A DNA stretch of 64,000 bases from an uncultured delta proteobacterium (GTDB taxonomy: Bacteria > Desulfobacterota > Desulfobacteria > Desulfobacterales > JAHEIW01), in the NCBI GenBank assembly GCA_963706575.1, contig CAVPNL010000001.1, positions 192,001-256,000 of the forward strand. Direction: 5' to 3'. The translations under genes were made by a program, and so were the position numbers. Within the stretch, counting starts at the first letter, position 1. Every line of letters begins with the position of its first letter. Under the pieces are notes generated by a model. It saw only the letters and a program-made list of their open reading frames with translations. It searched no databases and had not been told where the DNA came from. Of the stretch, positions 9,753 to 17,707 are shown piece after piece.

Positions 9753-10447
9753 TTGTCGGAGATCTAAAACCGCTAGAAGAAATCATTACTGCTATTAAAG
9801 ACTTCAAGCAGGTGCTCGTTCTGGGATGCGGCAGCTGCGTGACGGTTTGTCTTTCCGGCGGAGAAAAAGAGGCCGAGCAGCTCAGCCGCGATCTTTCTCG
9901 CATGCGGCACTACCAGGGCCCCCCGCCGAAATTTGTGGTCGGCTCAATTCTCAGGCAGTGTGAAAAGGACCTGGTAAACGAATACCAGGAAATACCCCCT
10001 GGAACCGATGCCGTGTTATCGCTGGCCTGCGGTGCCGGTGTTCAAACCCTGGCGGATGCCTATGAGCCCCTGCCGGTGATCCCGGCCCTGAATACGACAT
10101 TCCTGGGAGCGTCGGACAAACCGGGGACATGGACTGAAAAATGCAAAGGCTGCGGAGACTGTATTCTGATTCATACCGGGGGTATCTGCCCGATTGCGCG
10201 CTGCGCCAAGAGCCTTTTCAACGGCCCCTGCGGCGGCTCCAAAGGGGGCTATTGTGAAGTCGGCCAGGGTACTCCCTGCGCATGGACCCAGATTGTTGCC
10301 CGGCTCAAGAAAATGAACAAGCTGCACTGTTATGAGGAAATTCGCACAACCAAAAATTGGAAACTGGGTGGCGCATCCGGGGTCCGAAGGCGCGTGCGAA
10401 CCGGTCTGGCTGATGGTTCAAACACGAACCAAATTAAAAATAGCTAA
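9749..10447 (+). CDS. Methylenetetrahydrofolate reductase C-terminal domain protein (MetV-like)
   Basis: GCGSCVTVC, RQCE, LACGAGVQ, CKGCGDC...GGICPIARCAKSLFNGPCGGS...C...CAW. Confidence 0.85.
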   Translation: MIVGDLKPLEEIITAIKDFKQVLVLGCGSCVTVCLSGGEKEAEQLSRDLSRMRHYQGPPPKFVVGSILRQCEKDLVNEYQEIPPGTDAVLSLACGAGVQTLADAYEPLPVIPALNTTFLGASDKPGTWTEKCKGCGDCILIHTGGICPIARCAKSLFNGPCGGSKGGYCEVGQGTPCAWTQIVARLKKMNKLHCYEEIRTTKNWKLGGASGVRRRVRTGLADGSNTNQIKNS

Positions 10448-10490
10448 TGTGTTGCCTTTAAAAAAGTTTTCTGGTTTTTCGTTTCAGCTG

Positions 10491-10601
10491 GTTCAGGGTT
10501 CAAGGTTCAAAGGTTCAAGCGTTGTAGTGCTTGATTATCAATTTTGAATTTCTGGACTCTTAACCCCGAACGCTGAACCTCTGAACCTTTGAGCCTTTGA
10601 A
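10491..10601. repeat. GGTTCA-type 7/8-mer repeats with an inverted arm
   Basis: GTTCAGG/GTTCAAG/GTTCAAAG... and AACGCTG/AACCTCTG/AACCTTTG/AGCCTTTG abutting the eutA-like start. Confidence 0.8.
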
Positions 10602-10602
10602 T

Positions 10603-12027
10603 ATGGAAATAAACGAAATTGACATACTCTCCGTCGGGGTTGATGTCGGCAGCTCAACCAGCCATCTGGTTTTTTCAAATCTGTTTCTGAAAAAGGATGA
10701 ACGCTCAGAGACACGACGCTTCAAGATTCGGGAAAGAAACATACTGTATGAAGGACGAATCACCCATACGCCTTTACTTGACGATAAAACAATAGATATC
10801 GATAGTTTAACTGAATTTTTTAAAGAAGAATATAAGCGTGCGGGGATTGATCCGACCGATATTCAAACCGGCGCAGTAATTGTCACCGGCGAGTCCGCTC
10901 GCAAAAAAAACGCCCGCCAAATTGCCGAGGCACTTTCCAGTGATGCCGGAAAATTTGTGGCGGCAACGGCCGGGCCCAATTTCGAAGGCATACTGGCCGC
11001 ATTGGGTTCCGGTGCGGCGGCCCGCTCAAAGGATCATAACAAGACCATAATATCCTGTGACATTGGTGGCGGTACGTCAAACATCGCCGCCATCATAAAC
11101 GGTCAGACCGTCTCAACCAGCTGCATCTCTGTCGGTGGGCGGTTGTTGGGCGTCAGTTCCGAAGGGAAAATTTGGCGCATTGACAAACCGGCCCGACAAA
11201 CTTTTCAACATCTGGGATTGAATTACAAAATCGGGGATCGAATTTCGCAGCAGGATATCAAAAGAATCAGTGCCGCTTTTGCCGAAGTGTTATTCGAGGT
11301 CATTACCGGCCCCGCAAAGTCAGCGTTAGCCCGACAACTCATGCTGACCGATGATTTGCAATTTCCCGACCGCATTGACGAATATTCATTTTCCGGGGGG
11401 ATTGCGGAATTGATGTACGGGGGTCTCAACCATTATGATGATATCGGGCAAATTCTGGCCGATGAAATAAATTTGCTAACTCCCGGATTGACTGCTGCGG
11501 TTGTGGAGCCCGCCAATAAAATCAGAGCGACTGTCATTGGGGCCGGCGCCTATTCATTATCAATTTCCGGCTCTTCGTGTTTTAGGGATGATCAAATTGC
11601 GTTTCCAATAAGAAATGTGCCGGTCATCCGGGTGGACATCGATCGATCAAAATTGAGTTTTGACCATATTCTGGAGCAGATAAACATCTCCTTTCAACGA
11701 TTTGATTTAAAAGAAGGCGAGGAGATCGTCGCGCTATACTTTAAAGACCCGGTAATGGCGTCTTATCCCCAGCTGGAATTGTTTGCCCGATCAATTGAAG
11801 CGGCTTTGGACGATTCAATCGAGAAGCGTATACCGATTATTTTGATCTTTGAAACAGATATTGCCTGCGGCGTCGGCAACGTCATCCGTCGTGAAACCCG
11901 GTTAAAAACCAATTTGCTGACTCTAGATGAGCTAACGTTGAAAGAAGGCGATTGGGTCGATATTGGTGAACCTCTGGTGGCCGGCCAGGTATTTCCGGTT
12001 ACCGTAAAATCACTTGTCTTCCATTGA
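10603..12027 (+). CDS. eutA: Ethanolamine ammonia-lyase reactivase EutA-like ATPase
   Basis: SVGVDVGSSTS, GAVIVTGESARKKNA, KFVAATAGP, DIGGGTSN, RATVIGAG, PVTVKSLVF. Confidence 0.85.
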   Translation: MEINEIDILSVGVDVGSSTSHLVFSNLFLKKDERSETRRFKIRERNILYEGRITHTPLLDDKTIDIDSLTEFFKEEYKRAGIDPTDIQTGAVIVTGESARKKNARQIAEALSSDAGKFVAATAGPNFEGILAALGSGAAARSKDHNKTIISCDIGGGTSNIAAIINGQTVSTSCISVGGRLLGVSSEGKIWRIDKPARQTFQHLGLNYKIGDRISQQDIKRISAAFAEVLFEVITGPAKSALARQLMLTDDLQFPDRIDEYSFSGGIAELMYGGLNHYDDIGQILADEINLLTPGLTAAVVEPANKIRATVIGAGAYSLSISGSSCFRDDQIAFPIRNVPVIRVDIDRSKLSFDHILEQINISFQRFDLKEGEEIVALYFKDPVMASYPQLELFARSIEAALDDSIEKRIPIILIFETDIACGVGNVIRRETRLKTNLLTLDELTLKEGDWVDIGEPLVAGQVFPVTVKSLVFH

Positions 12028-12063
12028 AGTTAGGATTTCTTCAGGATGGAGCTTGTTTACGTA

Positions 12064-12846
12064 TCAGGATGTCTGGTGATTGTTGAGGAGCTGTTTTTGA
12101 ATCCGCTGGCTGATGGTCCTGGCGGCCTTTTGGGTCTGGCCGGTAAGGGTTTTCATCTTTTTTTCATCAAGACTGGCTTTGAATCCGACAATCCAAATGG
12201 CCGACCGTAATTGTCCCAGGCCGATTAACGGCGATGCCACCGCCCGGACACCCAGGATATATTCTTCATCATCGACGGCGAATCCTTTTTCTCTGACCTG
12301 CTTCAGCTCCTGGAAATAGGCCGCTGTATCGACGATCGAATTATCCGTGAAGCGGGGCAGCCCTTTTGATTTGACTATTTTGCGGGCCTGTTCCTCATCC
12401 ATTGATGCCAGGAAAACTTTGCCCACAGCGCCGGCCAGCATAGGTATGGTGGTGCCGATCGGGGCCGTAATTTTAAGATCCTGTCTGGACTCGACAATAT
12501 CCAGCACGGTCACATGATCCCAGTTGAGGATGCCCAGAAAAACCGATGTCCGGGTTTTTTCCATCAGTTCTTCCATAACCGGCCGTGCCGAAGTTTTGAG
12601 ATCAACCTGGGAATAAGCCGAGCGGCCGATTTCAAACAGGGTAAAACCCAGTTTATATTTTTTGGTCAGCGGATTCCGCATAACGGCTCCCAGCTCTTCC
12701 AGGGTCGATGTCATGCCGTGGACCGTGCTCTTGGCCATCTTGAGTTTTTTGGCCAGTTCGCTCACGCCCAAACCTTTTTGGGATGAAGAAATGGCACTGA
12801 GGATGCCAAAAGCCTTTTTTACGGAAGGTGCACTATATTTTTTCAT
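12064..12846 (-). CDS. IclR family transcriptional regulator
   Basis: SVKKAFGIL...GVSELAKKLKMAKSTVH HTH; AVGKVFLA; GFAVDDEE..GVRAVASP. Confidence 0.93.
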   Translation of the reverse strand: MKKYSAPSVKKAFGILSAISSSQKGLGVSELAKKLKMAKSTVHGMTSTLEELGAVMRNPLTKKYKLGFTLFEIGRSAYSQVDLKTSARPVMEELMEKTRTSVFLGILNWDHVTVLDIVESRQDLKITAPIGTTIPMLAGAVGKVFLASMDEEQARKIVKSKGLPRFTDNSIVDTAAYFQELKQVREKGFAVDDEEYILGVRAVASPLIGLGQLRSAIWIVGFKASLDEKKMKTLTGQTQKAARTISQRIQKQLLNNHQTS

Positions 12847-12911
12847 TGTTCTCACTCAAATTCATTTTTTCTAAGGATACATGCGGGCATCAATATTTGT
12901 CAACATAATTT

Positions 12912-12927
12912 GTTCATCTTAATGAAC
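12912..12927. promoter_or_regulatory. Putative IclR operator 3
   Basis: GTTCA-TCTTAA-TGAAC next to minus-strand TTGACA (12898-12903) upstream of iclR. Confidence 0.7.
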
Positions 12928-13042
12928 GATCAGTTTCTAAGTTCAGCTAACACAGGCTGCATGCATAGCATTTTTTGATTTGCAACTAATACCCAATAGC
13001 AAAAGATAAATTGAAAAAATAGCGAAGAGGTTATATTTTTAC

Positions 13043-13104
13043 TTGATCAAAAAATTGTGCTGTGGTATCAAGGGTTGTCAGATAGAATGTTCATGATGAT
13101 GAAC
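13043..13104 (+). promoter_or_regulatory. Promoter with putative IclR operator 4
   Basis: TTGATC-N17-TATCAA, then GTTCA-TGATGA-TGAAC at 13089-13104. Confidence 0.7.
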
Positions 13105-13249
13105 CTTATTTATAACCCGCTGAGCGCTTACCCGGGATCGTTTAATTTCAAAGCGCAAAGGCTTTATTAACGCAAAATAAGTATGCGCGGCGGCATGCCT
13201 GCCGGCATTAAACAAAAAGAATCAGATAGAAAACACAAAGGAGAGGAAA

Positions 13250-13510
13250 ATGGCGACCGAAAAAAAAGGCCTTTCAACAGCCGAAAATCTGCGAAAGACG
13301 CGGACCTACGGTAAGTTTCGATGCCACAATCCCAGCTGCATGGAGAGGATTGAGCCGGAAAAGGGCAGCAAAACCGCCAAATGCCCGACATGTGGAATGG
13401 AATACCGGGTCCACTGGATCAATCCCAATTTGCCCCGTATTCGAGGACCGGTCTGGGAGGTCAATAAAAAATTGGTGGAAGCAAAATTAAAAGAAAAGGG
13501 GGTAACCTAA
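13250..13510 (+). CDS. Small zinc-ribbon/rubredoxin-like protein
   Basis: CHNPSC...CPTCG; strong RBS (AGGAGAGG); stop 1 bp before the AOR start. Confidence 0.75.
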   Translation: MATEKKGLSTAENLRKTRTYGKFRCHNPSCMERIEPEKGSKTAKCPTCGMEYRVHWINPNLPRIRGPVWEVNKKLVEAKLKEKGVT

Positions 13511-13511
13511 T

Positions 13512-15452
13512 ATGGCGTTAAACAGAAAGATCGCATACATTGATCTCACCACCGGCGACATCCAGACCAAACCGATTCCGCTTGAGATCAGGAAAAAGTT
13601 CCTGGGAGGCCGCGGCTTGGATGCCTATCTGCTTTATAATCATACGAAAAAGGGCTGTGATCCGCTGGGCCCTCATAATACGCTGTTGATCAGCGGCGGT
13701 ATCCTGACGGCCACCTGTGCTTCCGCTACTGCCAGAACGCATGTCATGGCAAAATCACCGCTGACCGGAATGCTGGGCAGCACAAATATGGGCGGCTTTT
13801 TCGCGCCCGAGCTGGCCTGGGCGGGCTTTCACCATCTGGTCATCAAAGGTAAAGCCAAACACCCCGTTTATATTTCTATTCATAACGGCGAGATCGAGAT
13901 TCGAGACGCCCGCGACATCTGGGGACAATCCGTGACCGACACCCAGTGGACCATTCGGGAAGACCTGGGGGATGAGGAGGTCAAAAGTTGCGTATGCGGG
14001 CCGGCCGGAGAGAATCTGGTTGCTTTTGCCAACGTTATGACGGGCATTAAAAATGCCGGTGGACGGACGGGTATGGGCTGTGTCATGGGTTCCAAGAATC
14101 TAAAGGCTGTGGCTGCCCGCGGGACCATGGATATTGAAATTGCCCATCCGACTGAAGCTCTGGAATACAACAAGCGCTTCATCGACCAGATCGTCAGCTC
14201 CAAGGTGAATCAAACTCAGGGGGTGCTGGGAACTCCGTTTATCTGGGGTGCGACGAACTGCTTCGGAGGTGTCCGCACCCGGAATTTTCAATACAATCAG
14301 TGTGAATATGCCGATGACATCGAACCCGAGCGTTTCGATGAAATTGCCGAAGAGACTATGGGACCTCATCATATGACCGGATGTTTCGGTTGCCAGGTGC
14401 ATTGCCGGGCTCAGTATAAAATTCCGACAGGCCCTTTGGCTGGAAAATACGATGAAGGGCCTGAATATACCTCCCTGGGGGCTTTTGGGGCCGAGACCGA
14501 AACACCCCGCGCCGAGACGGTGCTGACGGGTAATCATCTGGTCAATCAGTACGGAATGGATAATCTTGAAACCGGCAGTCTCATTTCCTGGGCAATGGAG
14601 CTATACGAACTGGGTATCATCACCGACAAAGAAACCGATGGGCTGGATCTGAGTTTTGGAAACGATGCGGCAGTCATCGAAATGATTGAGCGGATCTGCT
14701 ACCGCAAGGGTTGGCTGGCAGATGCACTTGCCGACGGCGGTATTCCGGCTTCGAAAAAGATCGGGAAAAGCTCCTTTGATTATCTCGTTCAGGTCAAAGG
14801 TATGAATAATTTGAATTCGGATGAACGGCCGACTCCGGCGCTGGCGCTCAATGTTGCCACTGCATCCAGAGGATCGGACCATTTGAGGAGCAGACCGGCC
14901 ATCGACTTGTATCATTTGCCGGAAGAGGTTTTGAGAAAAATTTACAGCAACCCGGTTGCCTATGACGGGCCGTTGAGCTCCGAGCACAGCGAATATGTGG
15001 GCAAACCCTGGCAGGTTTTCTGGCAGGAAAACTGTTTCATGGGCGTCGATTGCCTCGGTATCTGTAAATATCATACAACATTCCTGGGGCCGACCTTGCC
15101 CAATTTCGAAGACTGGACAAAAGTACTTTACTATAATACCGGTCTTGAAATGACACCCGAGGAGATCTGGGAGGTCGCCTTGCGCGGCAACATGATCGAA
15201 AGGCTCTTCAACCTGAGAGAAGGGCTGACGCGAAACGATCTTGAAAAAGGCGATATGCTGAATCATCGCTATTTCGATGAGCCCTGCAAAAGAGGCGCCA
15301 TCGATGTGGTCGGCCTGACGATCGATAAGCAGAAATTCGTTAAGATGGTTGATGAATTTTACGCCCATAAGGGACTCGATCGCAACGGTGTTCCTAAACC
15401 GAAAACCTTAAAAAACCTCGGCCTGGAAAATGAGCCGTCCCATTTACTATAG
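13512..15452 (+). CDS. Tungsten-dependent aldehyde:ferredoxin oxidoreductase family catalytic subunit
   Basis: FLGGRG, KSPLTG, GPAGEN, GRTGMGCVMGSKNLKA, CFGCQVHC, EGPEY, RGSDH, DCLGIC. Confidence 0.93.
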   Translation: MALNRKIAYIDLTTGDIQTKPIPLEIRKKFLGGRGLDAYLLYNHTKKGCDPLGPHNTLLISGGILTATCASATARTHVMAKSPLTGMLGSTNMGGFFAPELAWAGFHHLVIKGKAKHPVYISIHNGEIEIRDARDIWGQSVTDTQWTIREDLGDEEVKSCVCGPAGENLVAFANVMTGIKNAGGRTGMGCVMGSKNLKAVAARGTMDIEIAHPTEALEYNKRFIDQIVSSKVNQTQGVLGTPFIWGATNCFGGVRTRNFQYNQCEYADDIEPERFDEIAEETMGPHHMTGCFGCQVHCRAQYKIPTGPLAGKYDEGPEYTSLGAFGAETETPRAETVLTGNHLVNQYGMDNLETGSLISWAMELYELGIITDKETDGLDLSFGNDAAVIEMIERICYRKGWLADALADGGIPASKKIGKSSFDYLVQVKGMNNLNSDERPTPALALNVATASRGSDHLRSRPAIDLYHLPEEVLRKIYSNPVAYDGPLSSEHSEYVGKPWQVFWQENCFMGVDCLGICKYHTTFLGPTLPNFEDWTKVLYYNTGLEMTPEEIWEVALRGNMIERLFNLREGLTRNDLEKGDMLNHRYFDEPCKRGAIDVVGLTIDKQKFVKMVDEFYAHKGLDRNGVPKPKTLKNLGLENEPSHLL

Positions 15453-15462
15453 GAGGAATTAG

Positions 15463-15960
15463 ATGTCTAAAGTACTATACGTAGATCACCAGAAGTGCAC
15501 AGGCTGTCAACTATGTGAGCTTGTGTGCGCTGTGTCGCATGATGGAATATCCAATCCCGCCAGAAGCCGGATCCGGGTGGTGAAATGGGAGGCTGAAGGC
15601 CTGTACATCCCGATGACATGCCAGCAATGCCAGGATGCGCCCTGTCTGAATGTTTGCCCGGTCAAGGCCATCTCGCGCAACGAGGAATCGACCCGGGTGA
15701 CCGTTGATTATGATGTCTGCATCGGCTGTCGTTCGTGTGTTGGCGTATGTCCTTTCGGGGCCATGAGTTTTAATCCCACCGACAGACAGGTCTTCAAGTG
15801 CGACCATTGTGACGGCGATCCGCAGTGTGTCCGGTTCTGTGAAGAAAAGGCTGTGGATTTTATCGAGGCGGACAAGGTGAGCATCAACAAGCGGCGCAAA
15901 GCGGCGGAACGGGTATCGGCCGCGAGCAAGGATGCCGCAGCCCTGGAATCTCAGCTCTAG
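15463..15960 (+). CDS. 4Fe-4S multicluster protein (AOR small subunit-like)
   Basis: Same four-cluster Cys pattern as 8348-8827; close paralog. Confidence 0.9.
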   Translation: MSKVLYVDHQKCTGCQLCELVCAVSHDGISNPARSRIRVVKWEAEGLYIPMTCQQCQDAPCLNVCPVKAISRNEESTRVTVDYDVCIGCRSCVGVCPFGAMSFNPTDRQVFKCDHCDGDPQCVRFCEEKAVDFIEADKVSINKRRKAAERVSAASKDAAALESQL

Positions 15961-15999
15961 CTGACACCTTTCAGCTTACGGTTTTATTTTGGGTAAAAG

Positions 16000-16039
16000 A
16001 TAAAGGTTCCCGGTTAACCCGGGAGCCTTTATTTTTTTT
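16000..16039 (+). terminator. Rho-independent terminator
   Basis: ATAAAGGTTCCCGG-TTAAC-CCGGGAGCCTTTAT followed by a T-run. Confidence 0.8.
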
Positions 16040-16056
16040 GATGAAGAAATGAAACA

Positions 16057-17481
16057 ATGGCAGTTTCCAGTTCAACATATCGCTCTCCCAAAAAAATGGC
16101 CATCATTACAAGCTATTTCAAAGGTGAGACATACGGGCTCCTGGGCCCCCAGATGGCGGCCACCATCATTGAAGACCATGGCGCCTGTGAATGTATCGTC
16201 ATTGCCGTAACCCGCGAAGACGAAAAAGCCACCCTTAAAAGGGTGTTGGCGGATTATTTTGCGGCCCAAAGGTCCATCATCGGCTTTTCTGCCTTAAGCG
16301 GTCGGGAAGATCTTTTCTCGCTGGCCGGTGAATTGAAAGCGGAGGGGGCTATCACGATTCTTGCGGGACCCCAGGCCAACGTTGACTTTTCAGGAGAAAG
16401 GGGCTGGCGCAATCATCCCCATCGCTTCAAGGGTTTTTGGGGATGCTTCGACTTCGGCCTGCAGGGGCCGGCGGAACAGGTGGTTGCGCTGTTACACCGT
16501 CTGGATAAAAATGATGGATTGCTGATCCCCGGTCTGTTATATCTGAACAAGGAAGGTATCGTCAGACAAAATCCTCCTAAGGAATGGGACCACAACTATC
16601 TGGGAAAGGTGCGCTGGGATAATATCTACCGGCTCACCAAAGATGGGGTTGCGCCTTTAAATGTCGATACGGGTCAGGTTCTGCAGCACATCGGCTGTCC
16701 CCATGCCGCCCGAATGACCGAACCGCAGATCGATTATCCAGCTTCAATACGCCAAGGCCAGGGACAAAAGATCAAGCTCAATCTAAAGGGTTGCAGTTTC
16801 TGTGATGTGGCAGCTGACAAAGGATTTCACGGAAAGCTGGATACGGAAACGGTCATCTCTCAAATCCAATGCCTGCCTGAAACACCGCAAGGCAGGAAGA
16901 TTGCGTTTGAACTCATTAATGAAAATCCACTGTCCGCGCTTTCCGGATTGCTGCAAGAATTGCATTCGCGCAACATCAGAATTTCACAGATCAATCTCAC
17001 CTTAAGGGCGGATGGGCTTCTATCAGGGCTGCAGCATTTAAAAGCAGCCTTGAAGGTGGCGGGTAAACTGGGAATTTATATACTGCTGAGCTCAATCGGG
17101 TTTGAGTCATTTGATAACCGCATCCTGCGAAATCTGAACAAAGGCTTGAGTGTCGAAACTAATCTAAAGGCGATTCGTCTCATCCGGCAGCTTAAAGAAG
17201 AATTTGGAGAGGCATTCGGGTATTCCAGCAGGGAAGGGGCCAATCACGGGTTTATCCACCCCACCGCCTGGGACACCGAAGAAACCGCAGCTGAAATCCA
17301 GAAAAATATTTATCTCTATGGGCTGCAAAACGATATCCTGCCGCCGCACAGCACCCCTCTTATAATCCATCACGCTTCGGGCCTGGCAGACTGGATCAGA
17401 GAAATTGAAGGCCGGGAGCGGCTCTGGTTCAAGCGTTACGGCACGGTTATCGGCTGGTGGGGTTCAGCGCACCGCATTTGA
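16057..17481 (+). CDS. B12-binding-domain radical SAM-like protein with non-canonical cluster motif
   Basis: N-terminal LLGPQMAA...IIGFS...ILAGPQA; GCP-(insert)-GCSFC; GFESFDNRILRNLNKG. Confidence 0.7.
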   Translation: MAVSSSTYRSPKKMAIITSYFKGETYGLLGPQMAATIIEDHGACECIVIAVTREDEKATLKRVLADYFAAQRSIIGFSALSGREDLFSLAGELKAEGAITILAGPQANVDFSGERGWRNHPHRFKGFWGCFDFGLQGPAEQVVALLHRLDKNDGLLIPGLLYLNKEGIVRQNPPKEWDHNYLGKVRWDNIYRLTKDGVAPLNVDTGQVLQHIGCPHAARMTEPQIDYPASIRQGQGQKIKLNLKGCSFCDVAADKGFHGKLDTETVISQIQCLPETPQGRKIAFELINENPLSALSGLLQELHSRNIRISQINLTLRADGLLSGLQHLKAALKVAGKLGIYILLSSIGFESFDNRILRNLNKGLSVETNLKAIRLIRQLKEEFGEAFGYSSREGANHGFIHPTAWDTEETAAEIQKNIYLYGLQNDILPPHSTPLIIHHASGLADWIREIEGRERLWFKRYGTVIGWWGSAHRI

Positions 17482-17544
17482 GCGAATTTTCTGCTGCCTC
17501 TAGAATGCACTGATGATCACCGGCCGCCTGCTCTCTCTCCACAA

Positions 17545-17692
17545 TTAGACCCTATCTCAAAAATGTCTTTTGGCCCAATATCTTTGTTGGTGCCTCGCTT
17601 TAAATCCTCAACATACAACAGTATGCCTGCGGTTTAAAGCTCGGCTCCGCCGCGATCTTGAACCAAAATCCTATTTTTGAGATGGGGTCTAA
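17545..17692. mobile_element. MITE-like palindromic element, copy 1
   Basis: 20-bp terminal inverted repeats TTAGACCCTATCTCAAAAAT/ATTTTTGAGATGGGGTCTAA; near-identical copy at 47141-47289. Confidence 0.75.
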
Positions 17693-17707
17693 TAAATTAG
17701 GGCCATA

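Noticed and set aside
9218..10601. CRISPR array
   Set aside because: Units are 7-8 bp with no unique spacers, and there are no cas genes
13512..15452. Class II benzoyl-CoA reductase BamB
   Set aside because: It has AOR-type EGPEY/RGSDH motifs and no bamDE-like (HdrA/GlpC) genes nearby
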